From Octopus sinensis (taxonomy: Eukaryota), in NCBI RefSeq assembly GCF_006345805.1, contig NC_043000.1:20708001-20772000 (forward strand): a stretch of 64,000 nucleotides of DNA. Direction: 5' to 3'. Numbering within the stretch: position 1 is the first letter of the stretch; every line of letters starts with the position of its first letter. This document shows, in pieces, positions 25,601-40,600 of this stretch. The translations under genes and the position numbers were made by a program. The notes under the pieces are model-generated. The model was not told where the DNA came from. It made no database searches and saw nothing but the letters and a program-made list of their open reading frames with translations.

Positions 25601-28600
25601 CTTTAAGGTAGTTCTCGGGGAGATTCGGCATCAGGTACCACTCATTTTTGCATGCTGAATAGACTGGAGCAATGTGAAACAAAGTTTCTTGCTTAAGGAC
25701 ACAATGCACTGCCAAGAATTGAACTTATGACCTTGCGATCATGAGCTGAATATTGAATATCCTAACCACTAAACCACACACCTCTGCAATTATCTAATCA
25801 CTAAGAAATAAGATTCTTTCATTGAAATTCAAATTATTTCATGGTGACATGCAGAAGATTTATATGACTGGCATCCATGCCAGTGGAGCGCTAAGAGCTC
25901 CATCCGAGCATGGTCATTGCCAGAGCAGCTAACTGGCTTCCATGCCGCTGGCATGTGAAAAGCACTGTTCGAGTGTGATCGTTACCAGCATCGCCTTACT
26001 GACACTTGTGCCGGTTGCACATGAAAAAACATTCGAGCGAGGATGTTGCCAGTGCCGCTGGACTGGCTCCTGTGCAGGTGGCACATAAAAAACACCATTT
26101 GAGCATGGCTGTTGCCAGTACCACCTGACTGGTCCACGTGCCAGTGGCACGTAAAAGCACCCACTACACTCTCGTAGTGGTTGGCATTAGGAAGGGCATC
26201 CAGCTGTAGAAACCCTTCCAGATCAAGATTGGAGCCTGGTGCAGCCATCTGGTTTGCCAGTCCTCAGTCAAATCGTCCAACCCATGCCAGCATGGAAAGT
26301 GGATGTTAAACGATGATGATGTTTAATATATCAATAGAAATTGCAGTTTTTGGATTATAATTCCACTGCTATACAATATCAGCTTATTAATGTTAGCACA
26401 CATGCATTCACCTGTTGTTTCAGGTGAGTAGTTTTTCAAGGACTCTATATTATATGATGCATCCTTCCCTTCCATTTAAGATGGCAGGTGCAATATAAGG
26501 GAGATTTAGCTGTTATATCTAGCAATTCCACTAACTATGCAGAGACTCCCTCATTGATACAATATGTATTTTATTATATTCTTTTATTCTTTTACTTGTT
26601 TCAGTCATTTGACTGCGGCCATGCTGGAGCACCGCCTTTAGTCAAATCAAATCAACCCCAGGACTTATTCTTTGTAAGCCTAGTACTTATTTTATCAGTC
26701 TCTTTTGCTGAACCACTAAGTTATGGGGATGTAAACACATCACCATTGGTTGTCTAGCGACGTTGGGGGGACAAACACAGATACACAACATATACATACA
26801 CATATATATATAAAGTTAATCCAAACAAGAAAACAAAAAGACAACAATGCAAGGATGTGGAACAAATAAGGTATTATTGGACGCTCAGGAAAGAAGGGAA
26901 GAAGGAGGTTTTGACGTTTCGAGCGGAGCTCTTCGTCGGAAACATAGGAGAAGGAAAGATCCCTAGACGGGAGGACATATATACGATGGGCTTGTTTCAG
27001 TTTCCGTCTACCAAATCTATTCACAAGGCTTTGGTCGGCCCGAGGCTTTAGTAGAAGACACTTGCCCAAGGTGCCACACAGTGGGACTGAACCCGGAACC
27101 ATGTGGTTCGTAAGCAAGCTACTTACCACACAGCCACTCCTACACCTGTACAACATTTATCAATGAAGGAGGCAATGAACTGACAACTGTATGCATGCTG
27201 AACAAAAGTGTTTAGTCGCATTTTTTTTTTTGGGGGGGGGGGTCCTCTTTGCATTCTGAGTTCAAACTTCACCAAGGTTATCTTTGCTTTTCATCCAGTC
27301 AGTGCCAATAAAACAAGTGTCAGTTGATCATTGGAGCACAATGTAATTGACTTCCCTGGCCTTGTGCCAAAATATAAACCTATTTATTGAAGTTCTAAGT
27401 TGATCTGGTAATCATAGTAAAGAAGTAGTGAGTTCAGGAGCAAACTACACTATAAATATTTTGGGGTTTTTTTTTAAATATATTTTAATTTTTTTTTTTT
27501 TTTTTACTTTAGTCAAAATACATGTTGCCAGACCTACACAATATGGCTAAGGGAAAATATCTTGAGATAAATACAGATGCATGTAATATAGTGAATTGGA
27601 AATCTTCACTCAAGATTAACCTCACAATTACTAAACGAAAAAAAAACTCTCACTAGGGCTGTTTTGTATCGAAAAACAAAAGTAAGGGAGATAATTCCAA
27701 TAACATGTTCCTTGTTTTCACCAATTGGCTTTTAAAGACAAGGTCTGTTCCCATCTGCATTGTCTATATTTTCCCAAAATTTCGATTATCTGGCTTTATT
27801 GGAATCTTATTGCTTGTTTTTTAGATTTTTAAACATCACTAGAGGGAGATTTTAGCTTCTAATTATAAGGATAATATTAGTTAATCAGACTTTTTCAACT
27901 TGCTGTATTACATAATGCGAACCCCTACGTTACACATTATCGTTTTAAATTTTCTTTTTTGTCTCAAAATATCAGATCTATTTCATTTGCAGTTGATATA
28001 ATTTTAAATTTCAATGTTCCTTATTTTTCAAAGAGTTAATGCATTCTTTACTTTCATGTATTTAATACCCCCACTTAAGCAGTCCTTCATGCAGATAACA
28101 TTTTATTTTGGTTCTACTATGCTGGTAGATAACATCTTGCATATAGATGTAGTTGTCTTTTATTCTATTCTATAAATTTCCCTGACAAAGAGACAGGCAG
28201 TCTCCAAGGACCAGAAACTAGACATGCTATGAATATGAATGTATTATTTAAAGGACGATTAATATGTGCTCAAACAAATTACTTCATTTGTTTTTTGATG
28301 ACTTGTTACTGCTCTGTGTCATGTATATTTATTAACTCATTATCTGCATTGCAAAACATTTTAAGATGTTTCGTTTCATTGTTCAGTTATATAGTAGTAA
28401 GGGGATTCTTTGAGATTTTATTTCATAATGACACAAAGATGACACAGCTTTGACAGGATTTAATTTCAGAACCTTCCGTTTCGCGACCGTTGCCAGCACC
28501 GCCCCGTTTCGTGTCCGTTGCCAGCCTCGCCTGGCCCTCGTGCCGGTGGCACATAAAAAGCACCATCCGTTCGTGGCCGTTTGCCAGCTCTGTCTGGCAC

Positions 28601-31600
28601 CTGTGCGGGTGGCACATAAAAAGCACCCACTACACTCACGGAGTGGTTGGCGTTAGGAAGGGCATCCAGCCATAGAAACACTGCCAGATTTGACTGGGCC
28701 TGATGAAGCCTTCTGGCTTCACAGACCCCAGTAGAACCGTCCAACCCATGCTAGCATGGAAAACGGACGCTAAACGATGATGATGATGATAATTAGCAAA
28801 GTATGGTTTGCTTATTACATATAATTAAGCTGATAATTTTTTTATGAATCATAATGATCCTTGAAGTCAATGTTTATCCCTGATTTTGATAACTCTAAGT
28901 GAGACATACAACACTCCCTTGACAGAACACTGAGTAAGTGTAGGTAGCCTTTCTTTGCCAAGAGAAAATATTCCTGAAACTTGAAGCCAAGGACTTGATC
29001 TACTGAGGCAAATGTAATTGTGTGGTTAAGATGCTTGCTTTCTGACAAAGTGACTCAAGTTCAGTCCTACTGTGTAACACCAAGGGCAATTGTCTTCTAC
29101 CATAACATTGGGCGAACCAAGACCTTATGAGGGGATATGGTGAATGAAAACTGAAAGAAACCTGAGGTGTTAGCTGTTAGGACACCACATCATCAGCAGC
29201 AGCATCATCATCATTTAACAACTGCTTTCCATGCTAGCATGGTTTGGATGATTTGACTGAGGTCTGGCGAACCAGACTCCAATCTGACCTGGCAGAGTTT
29301 CTACAGCTGGATGCCCTTCCTAACGCCAACCACTCTGAGAGTGTAGTGGGTGCTTTTACGTGCCACTGGCATGAGGGCCAGTATGGCGGTACTGGCAACG
29401 GCCTCTTCAAAACTTCAATGCTTCCTCAAATTTGATAACACTAGTCCTGTTGCACCCATGCACTCTTTCCTCTTTATATCTCTTTTATTATCCACTTTCC
29501 TCTCTTATCCTCTGTACTATGCATGTACATTTGGCTATCATTGCTGTGTTGCTTTACTCAGCTCATGGCTGTTTTCTGTCCCATTTTTTTTCCTCCTGAT
29601 ACTGGAGCACTGAACGCAAGAAGTTTATTATGAAAGAATCATTATTATTATTATTGAGTCTTTCTTCTTCCTTCAATTTAGCTTCCACTTTTGGCCAAGA
29701 GTCCTCCTAGGGCAAAGAAACCTACTGTAAATGGTAGGTCATTAAGCTAAATGCACCTAATTGTTCATTTACAAAATCGAAATTATGTAAAAAAAAAAAT
29801 TTTATTTATCATTTTTAAGCAATAAGCAGGTAGAAAGGGGTAGGAATGGCTGTGTGGTAAGTAGCTTGCTTACCAACCACATGGTCCCGGGTTCAGTCTC
29901 ACTGCATGGCACCTCGGGCAAATGTCTTCTACTATAGCCTTGGGCTGACCAAAGCCTTGTGAGTGGATTTGGTAGACAGAAACTGAAAGAAGCCTGTCAA
30001 ATATATGTATATATCTGTGTGTGTCTGTGTTTGTCCCCCCAACATTGGTTGACAACTGATGCTGGTGTGTTTGCGTCCCTGTAACTTAGCAGTTTGGCAA
30101 AAAAAACCGATAGAATAAGTACTAGGCTTACAAAGAAAAACTCCTGGGGTCGATGTGCTCGACTAAAGGCAGTGCTCCAGCATAGTCACATTCAAATGAC
30201 TGAAACAAGTAAAAGAGTATGCCAGGCATTTTGTCTGTCCTTATGTGGTGAATTCAAATTCCACAGAGGTTGACTTTGTCTTCCATCCTTTTGGTGTCAA
30301 TAAATTAAGTACCAGTTGAACACTAGGGTTCATATAATTGACTAGCCCCCTCCCATGAAATTTCATCCCTTTTACCTGCAGTGGAAGGGATTTTTAAAAG
30401 TACTTTTGAATTTACAATTTTTCCACTTCTAACATTTCTTTGCTCAAATATTTAGCAATTATGAAAGAAAAAAAACAATATATACACATTACATTTGTTT
30501 TATAAAGCTCTCTCCTGAAATGTTACTCAATTTATATTTCACTGAAATAATTAATAGGTACAGAAAAGTGTACTGGAGAAAAAAATGACACAGCCGAAGT
30601 ATTGTTATATCAAGAATCAGTCAACTCAGAAACGATCGTGTTAGCCAGCTACAAACCAACTTTCTATCAGGTAAAAATATTTAAATTCAACTACTTTCAT
30701 ATTCACACAAAACAATTATTTTATAATAGGGAGAAAATTGGAGGGTATTTATCATTTTCATCAAAAGGTAGAGACTGTGCCTATAATCATAACAAGCCTT
30801 CTTTTGAGACTGTTAAGATTGGTGTAGATAATGTTCAGCTTTAGTTACAGCAAGAGGATACATCATCATCATTGTTTAACATCCGCTTTCCATGCTAGCA
30901 TAGGTTGGATGAATGACTGAGGGCTGGCAAACCAGATGGCTGCACCAGGCTTCAATCTTGATCTAGCAGAGTTTCTACAGCTGGATACCCTTCCTAATGC
31001 CAACCACTCTGAGAGTGTAGTGGGTGCTTTTACGTGCCACCGGCACGGGGCCAGTCAGACAGTACTGGCAACGACCTCACTCAAATCTTTTACACATGCC
31101 ACCGGCACAGGTGTCAGTAAGGCGATGCTGGTAACAATCACGCTCGAATGGTGATTTTTTTTTACGTGCCACCAGCACGGAGGCCAGATAGCCAATCTGG
31201 CAATGATCACGCTATACATATGTAGTAAAGTAATGAGAACGTCTATATGATTCTTTGATATACAAGAAAACCCCATCAAATTCCTTCTACTATCTTAAAT
31301 AAGGCCCCATTAGATGATGTGGTTCTACATCTCTCAAAAGATGATAGTAGAGCCATGACTGAGATTCCTTTAATCATAGACCTGTTAGAAGTCATGGTTG
31401 AGCTGGGACCAAACAGCAATGACATAGGTTAAGTAGGGATTTCCAGTGAGTAGAAACTTGGCAGATACAGAATTGTGGTTGTTAGCAGTTATTGGCACTA
31501 CCTATTTGGTATCACTAATTCAATGCTAACTTATCTGAGAGCAAGTGCTTTAATGTTTCTCTAGTTCTCTCCTTTCTGTATAAGGAGAGGTAAAGTCTTA

Positions 31601-34600
31601 ACATTAATTGGGTTCAGCTGATAAATTGAAAGTCTCTCTCTCTCACCTTTTCTATCTAGAATAAAAATCAAATGGAAATTGTAGTTGTGATACCCAAGCC
31701 AATGGCATGTAAAAAGCACCATCCAAATGTGGCCGATGCTAGCGCTGCCTTGACTGGCTTCCAAGCCAATGGCACATAAAAAGCACCAACCAATCGTGGC
31801 CAATGCCAGTGTTGCCTTGACTGGCTTCTGTGCCAATGGCACATAAAAAGCACCAACCAATCGTGGACGTTTCCAGCCTCCTCTGACCCCTGTGCCGGTG
31901 GCACATAAAAAGCACCCACTACACTCACAGAGTGGTTGGTGTTAGGAAGGGCATCCAGCTGTAGAAAGACTGCCAGATCAGAATGGAGCCTGGTGCAGCC
32001 TCCTGGTTTCCCAGAACCCAGTTGAACCGTCCAACCCATGCTAGCATGGAAAACAGACGTTAAACGATGATGATGATGTGTATGTGTTTGTTTACCTACA
32101 ACACCAAAGAGCACTGTTGCCAAAACAGGCTGAATGTGCTAAACTCTCAGCATCCAAACAACTGTGCTCAATCATGTCATTTCACAGAATTAATACTTCA
32201 GGTTGATATGATATACAACTTACCTAACTCTGAGTATTGACCATTATAGTAGTGGTAGAAGAAGCATGATGAGGAGACAATGTGGTTGTAGGTTAGAAGT
32301 GGGGAATGTTGATGATCAAGTCCTTAGCAATCAATTGGATGGGTTTCTTTCCTATTTGATCTGGGTTATTGTCTCTCTTTGTAAGTCTAGCTCAATCTTC
32401 AGACTTATACTATTAGTTTGTAAAATACTGAAGAGAAAAGACAGCAAAAGTTATTAAAACATTTATGAGGAAGTGGACGGTAATTATAGTATTTAGGAAA
32501 GTGATAAAATTTAATCAAAGAACACTTGTCAATGTTTTCAAAATTATATTTTCTTTATTAAACAATGTAAAATTCTCCTTTCTTCAACGTGCAGTCTCTC
32601 TTTAGCTTATTTTCTGTTAGCTTCCTTGAAATTTCACTGTTTACATCTAACTTGGTCTATCATTAGCAAGCTAATTTGCTCTACTGTGTTGGGGAAACAT
32701 AGAATTAATTTGCTTCTTGCAAGAGTTTGCACGAACAAGACAAGTGATAACTAATCAACAAACTTTATTGATCCTCTTAAATATATAATATGAAAGTTCA
32801 ACTTCAATCCTTGTTTATTTCAAAAACATAAATCATATGATCTTTTAATATGTACTCATCCAACTAACCCACACTCCCTAAATCTTCTGGCCTTGTGCCA
32901 AAATTTGTAATATTTATTATAACTATGACCTTAATTAACCCTTTCATTACTTGAAAAATCAAATTCGATGAATGCCATCCATGCTAGTGGAGCATTAAGA
33001 GCACCATCCAAGCGTGATTGTTGCAAGAGCAGCTAACTGGCATTTGTGCCAGTGGCATGTAAAAAGCACCATTCAAGCGTGATCGTTACCAGCATCACCT
33101 TACTGGCACTTGTGCCAGTGTGCAGGTGACATGTAAAAAAAAAACGATTTTTTCATGGCCGTTGCCAGTACCACCTGGCGGATCTCATGTTGGTGGCATG
33201 TAAAAGCATCCACTACACTCTTGGAGTAGTTGGCATTAGGAAGGGTTTCCGGCTATAGAAACTCTGCCAGATCAAGATTGGAGCCTGGTGCAGCCATCTG
33301 GTTCGCCAGTCCTCAGTCAAATCGTCCAACTCATACTAGCATGGAAAGTGGACGTTAAACGATGATGATGATGATTACTGTATTTATTTTGAGATGCTCT
33401 GTGTTTCTTTCAATTACTTTAAATATAACAAAGAATTTAGTAAAATAATTTAGTTATCATTAAGCAAGTGACTAAGGTTTGGTGAAAGATTTTAATTCAA
33501 AACTTATGAAACCAAGACATTTGTACTCAGAGCCAGAGCTGGTTTAAGCCAGGTTGGTAACATAAGGATTAAGGTGGCAAGTTGGCAGAATCATTAGTAT
33601 ACCAAACAAAATGTTTAGTGGTATTTCACCTATCTTAAAGATCTGAGTTCAATTCCACCAGAGTCAACTTTACTTTTCGTCCTTTTGGGGTTGATAAAAT
33701 AAGTACCAGTTGAACACTGGGGTTAATTTAATCAACTTGACCTCCTCCTCCAAGTTAGCTGGTCTTATGCCAAAATTTGAAATAATTATTATGACCTTAA
33801 TACAGTTTGCGATATCATTATCAGATCTGTGAGATCGTAACATGCTGAGAAGTAATTAATTTTGTTGATTAATGACTAAGTTCAAATCCTGAAAGTCAAT
33901 GGCAACATTGCATTTAATCTCGCTGTTAGTCTGAAGGATAGATTCACTATATTCAATTCAATAAACCAAAGCTGTGAGTATGTGTAGGTACAAATTCTAT
34001 TTATCATCATCATCATCATCATTGTTTAACGTCCACTTTCCATGCTGTCATGGGTTGGACAGTTTGACGAAGGACTGGCAAGCCAGGAGGCTGCACCAGG
34101 CTCCAATCTGATCTGGCAGAGTTTCTACAACTGGATGCTCTTCCTAATGCCGACTACTCCGAGAGTGTAGTGGGTGCTTTTTATGTGCCACTGGTATGGG
34201 AGCCAATCAGGCAGCACTCTGGCATCAACCACGTTCAGATGGTGCTTTTTATGTGCCACCTGCATGGGAGCCAGTAGATGCAATAAAAACTTACACAGGT
34301 TCAAGGGGTCACCAAAATTCAAATAATTTAGTGGGCAGAGACCACAGCAGAAATTTTTGCTTCATATATAGAATTTGTCTACCTAAAATTCTCCTAAACC
34401 TCCTCACACACATCTCTCTTTTACAAAACCAAATCAGTTTAGAGATATTATTTTTACATGTGGCACCTTGAGCAAGTGTCTTCTACTATAGCCTCAGGCA
34501 AACTAAAGCCTTGTGAGTGGACTTGGTGAATGGAAACTGGAAAAAAAGCCCATCGTATATATGTATATATGTGTGTGTGTGTTTGTGTGTCTATGTTTGT

Positions 34601-37600
34601 TCCCCCAACATCACTTGACAACCGATGCTGGTGTGTTTACATCCCCGTAACTTAGCAGTTCGGCAAAAGAGACCAATAGAATAAGTACTAGGCTTACATA
34701 GAATAAGTCCTGCAGTCCATTTGCTCGACTAAAGGCGGTGCTCCAGCATGGCCGCAGTCAAATGACTGAAACTAGTAAAAGAGAGAGAGCGTTGCAAGAA
34801 ACAGTTAGGTTCCTTTTTCTGACATTTTACATAGTTCAACCTACACAAGTGAATGTATAATAAACAAAATAGGAATTTTGAAAGAATTATCTATAAAACA
34901 AGAATTTTAAACATTGAATGGTTATGAGGGTCCACCAGAATAAAACAGGAGTCAAAGGGGTCCATAGATGATAAATGGTTGAGGACCATTGTGTATCATA
35001 GGTGACTCTCATAATAGTACAGAACAAATATATTATCTTTATTCTGTACTGCAGGAGTTACTAGTGATACACATGATAGGTAAAGTGTTAAAAGAATGAA
35101 GTTTAAGTTTCTAAAATAATAAGACCATCACAATTTTAAAACCTTGTTGAAACTCTTGAAATTTGCAAAGGACTAAATGTGATAAATATTTATATTCTTT
35201 ATATTATCAAACAGTCACCTGTTTTGAATTCAGTTACCATCAAACCTGAACACAGACGTTCTGTTTCAAAAATTTGTTGGGAACAAAAGTATTACAGAGA
35301 TGAAGATTCTGATGTCTGGGCAATTGACAGTGTTCAAATATCCCCTCACATGGACCCAGATTATTCAAATGGAAAGGACAAATATGTACAATTTAGTTTG
35401 AATATGATGTGTGGATTTGATTTAAAACACAACAGGTAAGTCAATTTTCATTTAAATTACACAAACACACACACACGCGCGCGCGCATGCTGGGCTTCTT
35501 TCAGTTTCCATTTAACAAATTCACTCCCATAACTTTCCCAATGTGCCACACAGTGGTACTGAACTTGAAGCTATGAGCCTGGGAAGTCAGCTTCCTAACC
35601 ACACAGCCACACTTGCTCCTTAGCCACATCTTATGTGGGAGGAAATCAAGATGGTGAACTAATTAAAAACCACTGCTGCACTCTAAATTGTTCCTACCTT
35701 AAGCAGTTAACAACCTCTACTCTTTCATCAAGAACATCTAGTGCAATTTGCCTTTCTCTGAATACATACAACTGTCATAGTTCTTTTCTCCCTTTAACAT
35801 TTTGCATTAATGAATTTTCTTCCTCTTACTCATATCCATCATTAACACACCACTTCCAGTTCTTCAAACACAGCCTCTTTCTCACCTCTAAACTGCATCT
35901 TCACCCTGCCCTCACAGTCATTCTCATCACCACATTATACAGTCCAACTACAGTGTAATCAGAATAACTCATTCCTCATTATCCTATCACACAACCTCTT
36001 TCTATCAAGCCCTCTGTTTCATCAAATCAGTCAACTGATCAGAGATCCATTAATTCTGTGTGAATTCAGTATCATGACTCATAAACTGTTCCCTTTCCTG
36101 ACATTCTATGTACTGTACATGCACCTTTGATGAGTTGTTGTGCACCTGAGCACTATACACAATAATTTCATTATTATTATTATTATTAAGTTAATTGGTA
36201 AACAAAACGTTCACAGATTCAGTTTTACTGCTAATTATATTTTACTTGTTTCAGTCATTAGACTCCGAAAGGGGTCTCAGAGAGTAGTGTCCCTGCCTTC
36301 CTGAGCTAGTTTTCCACCACATTTCTTAAAAATCGTGGTCAAAGCCTTGGTCTCGGGACCACTCATGTCTAGATACTGACGTTAGGGGTAAGCAAGGGCA
36401 TGCTACCTGTAGAAAATCCAACTCCAAAAAATCCTCATGATAGCAAAGGAGAATGGGCACCAGCCAGCCCAAAGGTTGGGGGGGGGCTGCACCTGCCTAC
36501 CTTAGTTGCTGTGTCATTGAGGTAGATCCAGCCACCCCTGTTAATGGGGACAAATCCAGATTTAAAACGCTGGATGATGATAATTCATTCGAATGTGGCC
36601 TTGCTGGGGTACTGCCTTGAAGAATTTTTAGTTGAATGACTTGACCCCAGTACATATTCCTTTTAAGCCCGGTACTTATTCCTACCAGTCTCTTTTGCCA
36701 AACCACTAAGTTACATGGATGTAAAGACAGCAACATTGGTTGTCAAGCAGCAGTGAGGGACAAACACAAAGATATACACACACACACAAATATATATATA
36801 TACTAGCAGTATCGCCCGGCGTTGCTCGGGTTTGTTTCGACCCGCTGGAATTGTAATTTTGAAAAGTAAAAATTTTGTGAACATTTTTCTGGTCGAAATA
36901 CACCAAAAAGTGGCGACACAGCAGTGAAAAAATCGTAAAAAATAGGGATTTTCATAGAAAAAAGCATCTGTTTGATGTAAATAATTTTTGGTGTTAACAT
37001 GGTCCGATTTGAATTTTATGTTCTACGGAAGGAAGAGCAACCCTTCTTCTATCATACTCTCAATTTTGGTCAACTTGCGCCGCAGGGTCTCGGAGGAGAT
37101 AGTGTTAGTTGAAGGTTACCAAACGTGGCGCACACAGACAACTTTAGTTTTATATAGAGATAACACACACACATTAATACACATACATAGACACACACAC
37201 ACATGTATGTATGGATGTATATATGGGTACTTGTATCGCAGAGTGGTCCCGGTTGCGCACACGCGGATTCGCGCGTGCGAGCCAGACGTAGGTACGCGAT
37301 ACTCGATCGCCCTTAAATAATTACTTTTTTTTACAGAAACGCGAACGTATATAACACACAAAATTATTCCGTAGAATTTATCAAATTAAATAACGCAAAA
37401 TTAATATATTTTTTGAAATTGCAAATTATTTAGAATATAAAAATCTGGCTGCTATTTCTAGGTGCCTGAGTAACAACCTTGCGGATTTACAGATAAATGA
37501 ATTAATTACTATTTTACAGAATAAAATTAAATAATTCTTGAAAATTAATTAATATTAATATTTTTTGAACAAAGTAAATAATTTTTAAAACTTAAATAAT

Positions 37601-40600
37601 AATTTTTTTTACACAAACGCGAACGGGGAAAAGGGGGTGGCGAATTCGATTTTTTTATTTTCGTTGAATGAATAGAAAAAATGTATAATATATGTTGTAC
37701 ATACCTAAATTTTTTCTTTTTCATGACATTGTAGCAAAATAGTAGTGAATTATATAAATACTAGCAGTACATTTTTTTTTCTGGGGTATTTTTTTTCAAC
37801 CTCGTCACATATTTGCCCCTTTCAATTTAAACAAAGTCTTAATTAAGCAATTACGGCAGCTTAGCAATGGTTTCAATACAGGCGTGACATCTGTATCTCA
37901 ATTGTTCAAAACCCTTCGAATTTTTTCGCACGTGATGATATCATAGTGAAAACTTTCAATTACGCGCGCTTAGAAGTACGCTCGCAAATTAATACTACCA
38001 ACATTTTGAAGTTCGCGCTCCGCTTGTGTGTGTGCGTGCTTTAGGTGTACGTAGGTATGTGTTTTTGTGTGTGTGTGTCACTGAAGCCATACATACATGT
38101 ATACATACATAACCTCTCTCTCTCACTTTTCTCTCTCAGTCACTCACTACAAAAAGTGAATAAAAAAAGTTCAGTTATTTCTGTCTTTCACTCTCTCTGT
38201 CTCTTTACACACACTAACAAAAGCACTTCACTTACACACCACACTTTCTGTGTCGCACAACCCATCAAACACACACACACACACTCACGCACGCACACAT
38301 GTACATCAATGCTTTCGGAGTGAAATGTTAAAATATTGAGTTTTCTCGAATTTTGTCTTAATTGGGGGTGAAATTGAAAGAAATTTGTTATGGCATGACC
38401 GAATGGACTACTTTGAAAAATCTTAGGTAAACTCTAATTGAAGAAATTGTGTGAGGAGTAAATCGTTATGTATTTATTTATTTGTTTCTGTTTGCTGTGT
38501 TTTTTTATTTTTTGAGTAGTGGTTTAAGGTACACTTGCAAAGAGAAAGTGGGAGAAATTATGTTGATAGCATGAGTGATCCGTTTTATAGAAATACTTTC
38601 AGTTTAGTCTTCCTCAAATCACTCTGTCGCTATTTACTCTCTTCCAAGAACATTTTCACTCACTCTTATCTCTTAGCTTGCCATACATTTTACTCGTGTA
38701 TCTATCAGTGTGATAGACAGAAACAAATATTACATCGCCATCGCATTCTATTGTCTACCTGTCAACACACACACAGTGAATTACTTTCACTTTATTCGTT
38801 GCACACTGTGTGTGCGTGTGTGGTGTAAACCACATTAAGAAAAGCATTTGACATACACACCAGAATGTGAGTTTTCTGTAAATTTTGCTTAATTGGAGTT
38901 TAAATTTTAAAAACTGGACCTGGCATGACCCGATGCATTCTACTCTTAAAAATGCTAGGTAAATTGTAATTGAAGAAATCCTATATTGTAGATTTCTATA
39001 ACTGACAAAGGGAGGCAGATAAAATCTGCCTTTTATAATAAGAGATACACACATTCCTGTGCAAGTGGCACATAATAAAACACCATTGGAGCGTGGCCAT
39101 TGCCAGTACCGTCTGACTGGCACTCGTGCCGGTGGCACGTAAAAGCACTCACTACACTCTTGGAGTGATTGGCATTAGGAAGGGCATCCAGCTGTAGAAA
39201 CTCTGCCAAATCAGATTGGAGACTAGTGCAGCCATCTGGTTCGCCAGTCCTTAGTCAAATCGTCCAACCCATGCTAGCATGGAAAGCGGACGTTAAACAT
39301 AAAGCTGGCAGGGGGTTTCTGTAAATTTCCTCATGCCATACAACAAAGAAAATTCTCCGAATGTTTACTTCATCATAAGATGGCTTTTTAAACATTTTGT
39401 TCAGAAATTTTGTTTTCATTTTGTTTTCATTTCCCTTGTCAGACATAAATGGGAGAAAAAAATGTATGTACCTCTTTGTGTGTGTGTGTGTGCATGTGCG
39501 TATGCAATTATTGATAGTATTGTATTTTAAGTATTAGCTATGGTTTTATTTATCTCTAAGTGTGTGTGATTAAAAACTAACTTTAAGTAAAATATTAATT
39601 TTAAAAAGATAATGGGAAATATAATAGATATCATGACTAAAGTTAATCTCATCGTTTTTTATTTTAAAAATAATAATGAAATTATTGTATACAGTGCTCA
39701 GGTGCACCACAACTTGTCAAAAGTGCATATAAAGCATATGCAGTAATGTACAAATGTCTGGAAAGTGAACAGTGTATGTGTCAGATACATGCTTGCGTGT
39801 GTATGGAGGGGAGAAAATCAGGTGTAGTGTTGGCGAATCTCAGGAAGCATGGAAGTTTAGAAGGATGCAGTGCTCCGACAACTAACAACTGACGCCAGCA
39901 GTTTGTTCCATGCTTCAGCAACTCTTAGCGTGAAAAAATGTTTCCAAAAGTCAAGGGAGCTGTGCTGTTTTCTGACTTTGTAAACATGTCCATGGGTTTT
40001 AGACAGGTGGAGTTTGAATCATTTTAAGCAATATTTTCTCTTTGTGAGGTGGTTGGGTCCACTTTGCAGGGTAGATGATGTTAGGAAGGGCATCCAGTCA
40101 TAAAACCAAGCCAATACAAATACAGAAGTCTGGTGCAGTCTTCTGCTTGGCCATGGAAAATGGATGTTAAACAATGATAAGGAGGCACATGGCCTAGTGG
40201 TTAGAGCAGCGAACTCGTAGTCAAGGGATCATGGGTTCGAATCTCAGACCGGGCGATGTGTGTGTTTATGAGTGAAACACCTAAGCTCCATGCAGCTCTG
40301 GCAGGAGGTAATGGCGAACTTCTGCTGACTCTTTCGCCACAATTTTCTCTCACTCTTTCCTCCTGCATCCTGCAGCTCATCTGCGATAGACCGGCGTTCC
40401 GTCCAGGTGGGGAACCTATATGCCAAGGAAACTGGGAAACCAGCCCTTATGAGCCAGGCATGGCTCGAGAAGGATGAGGATATATACACACAGTGGGATT
40501 CTTTCAGTTTTCACCTACCAAATTCACTCACAAGACCTTGATCTACCCAAGGCTAGAGTAAAAAACACTTACCCAAGGTACCATGAAGTTGGACTGAACC

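Noticed and set aside
28700-28725. CTGATGA followed by a hairpin, a possible third hammerhead
   Set aside because: There is no GAAA after the stem. The homologous position in other family B copies reads ctggtgca, so it is a chance variant.
31700-31920. CRISPR-like pattern (constant ~18-bp repeat with ~45-bp intervening segments), also at 25900-26160, 55720-56000 and 59880-60200
   Set aside because: The 'spacers' are homologous to each other, the arrays sit inside a dispersed retroelement in a eukaryotic intron, and there are no cas genes or leader.
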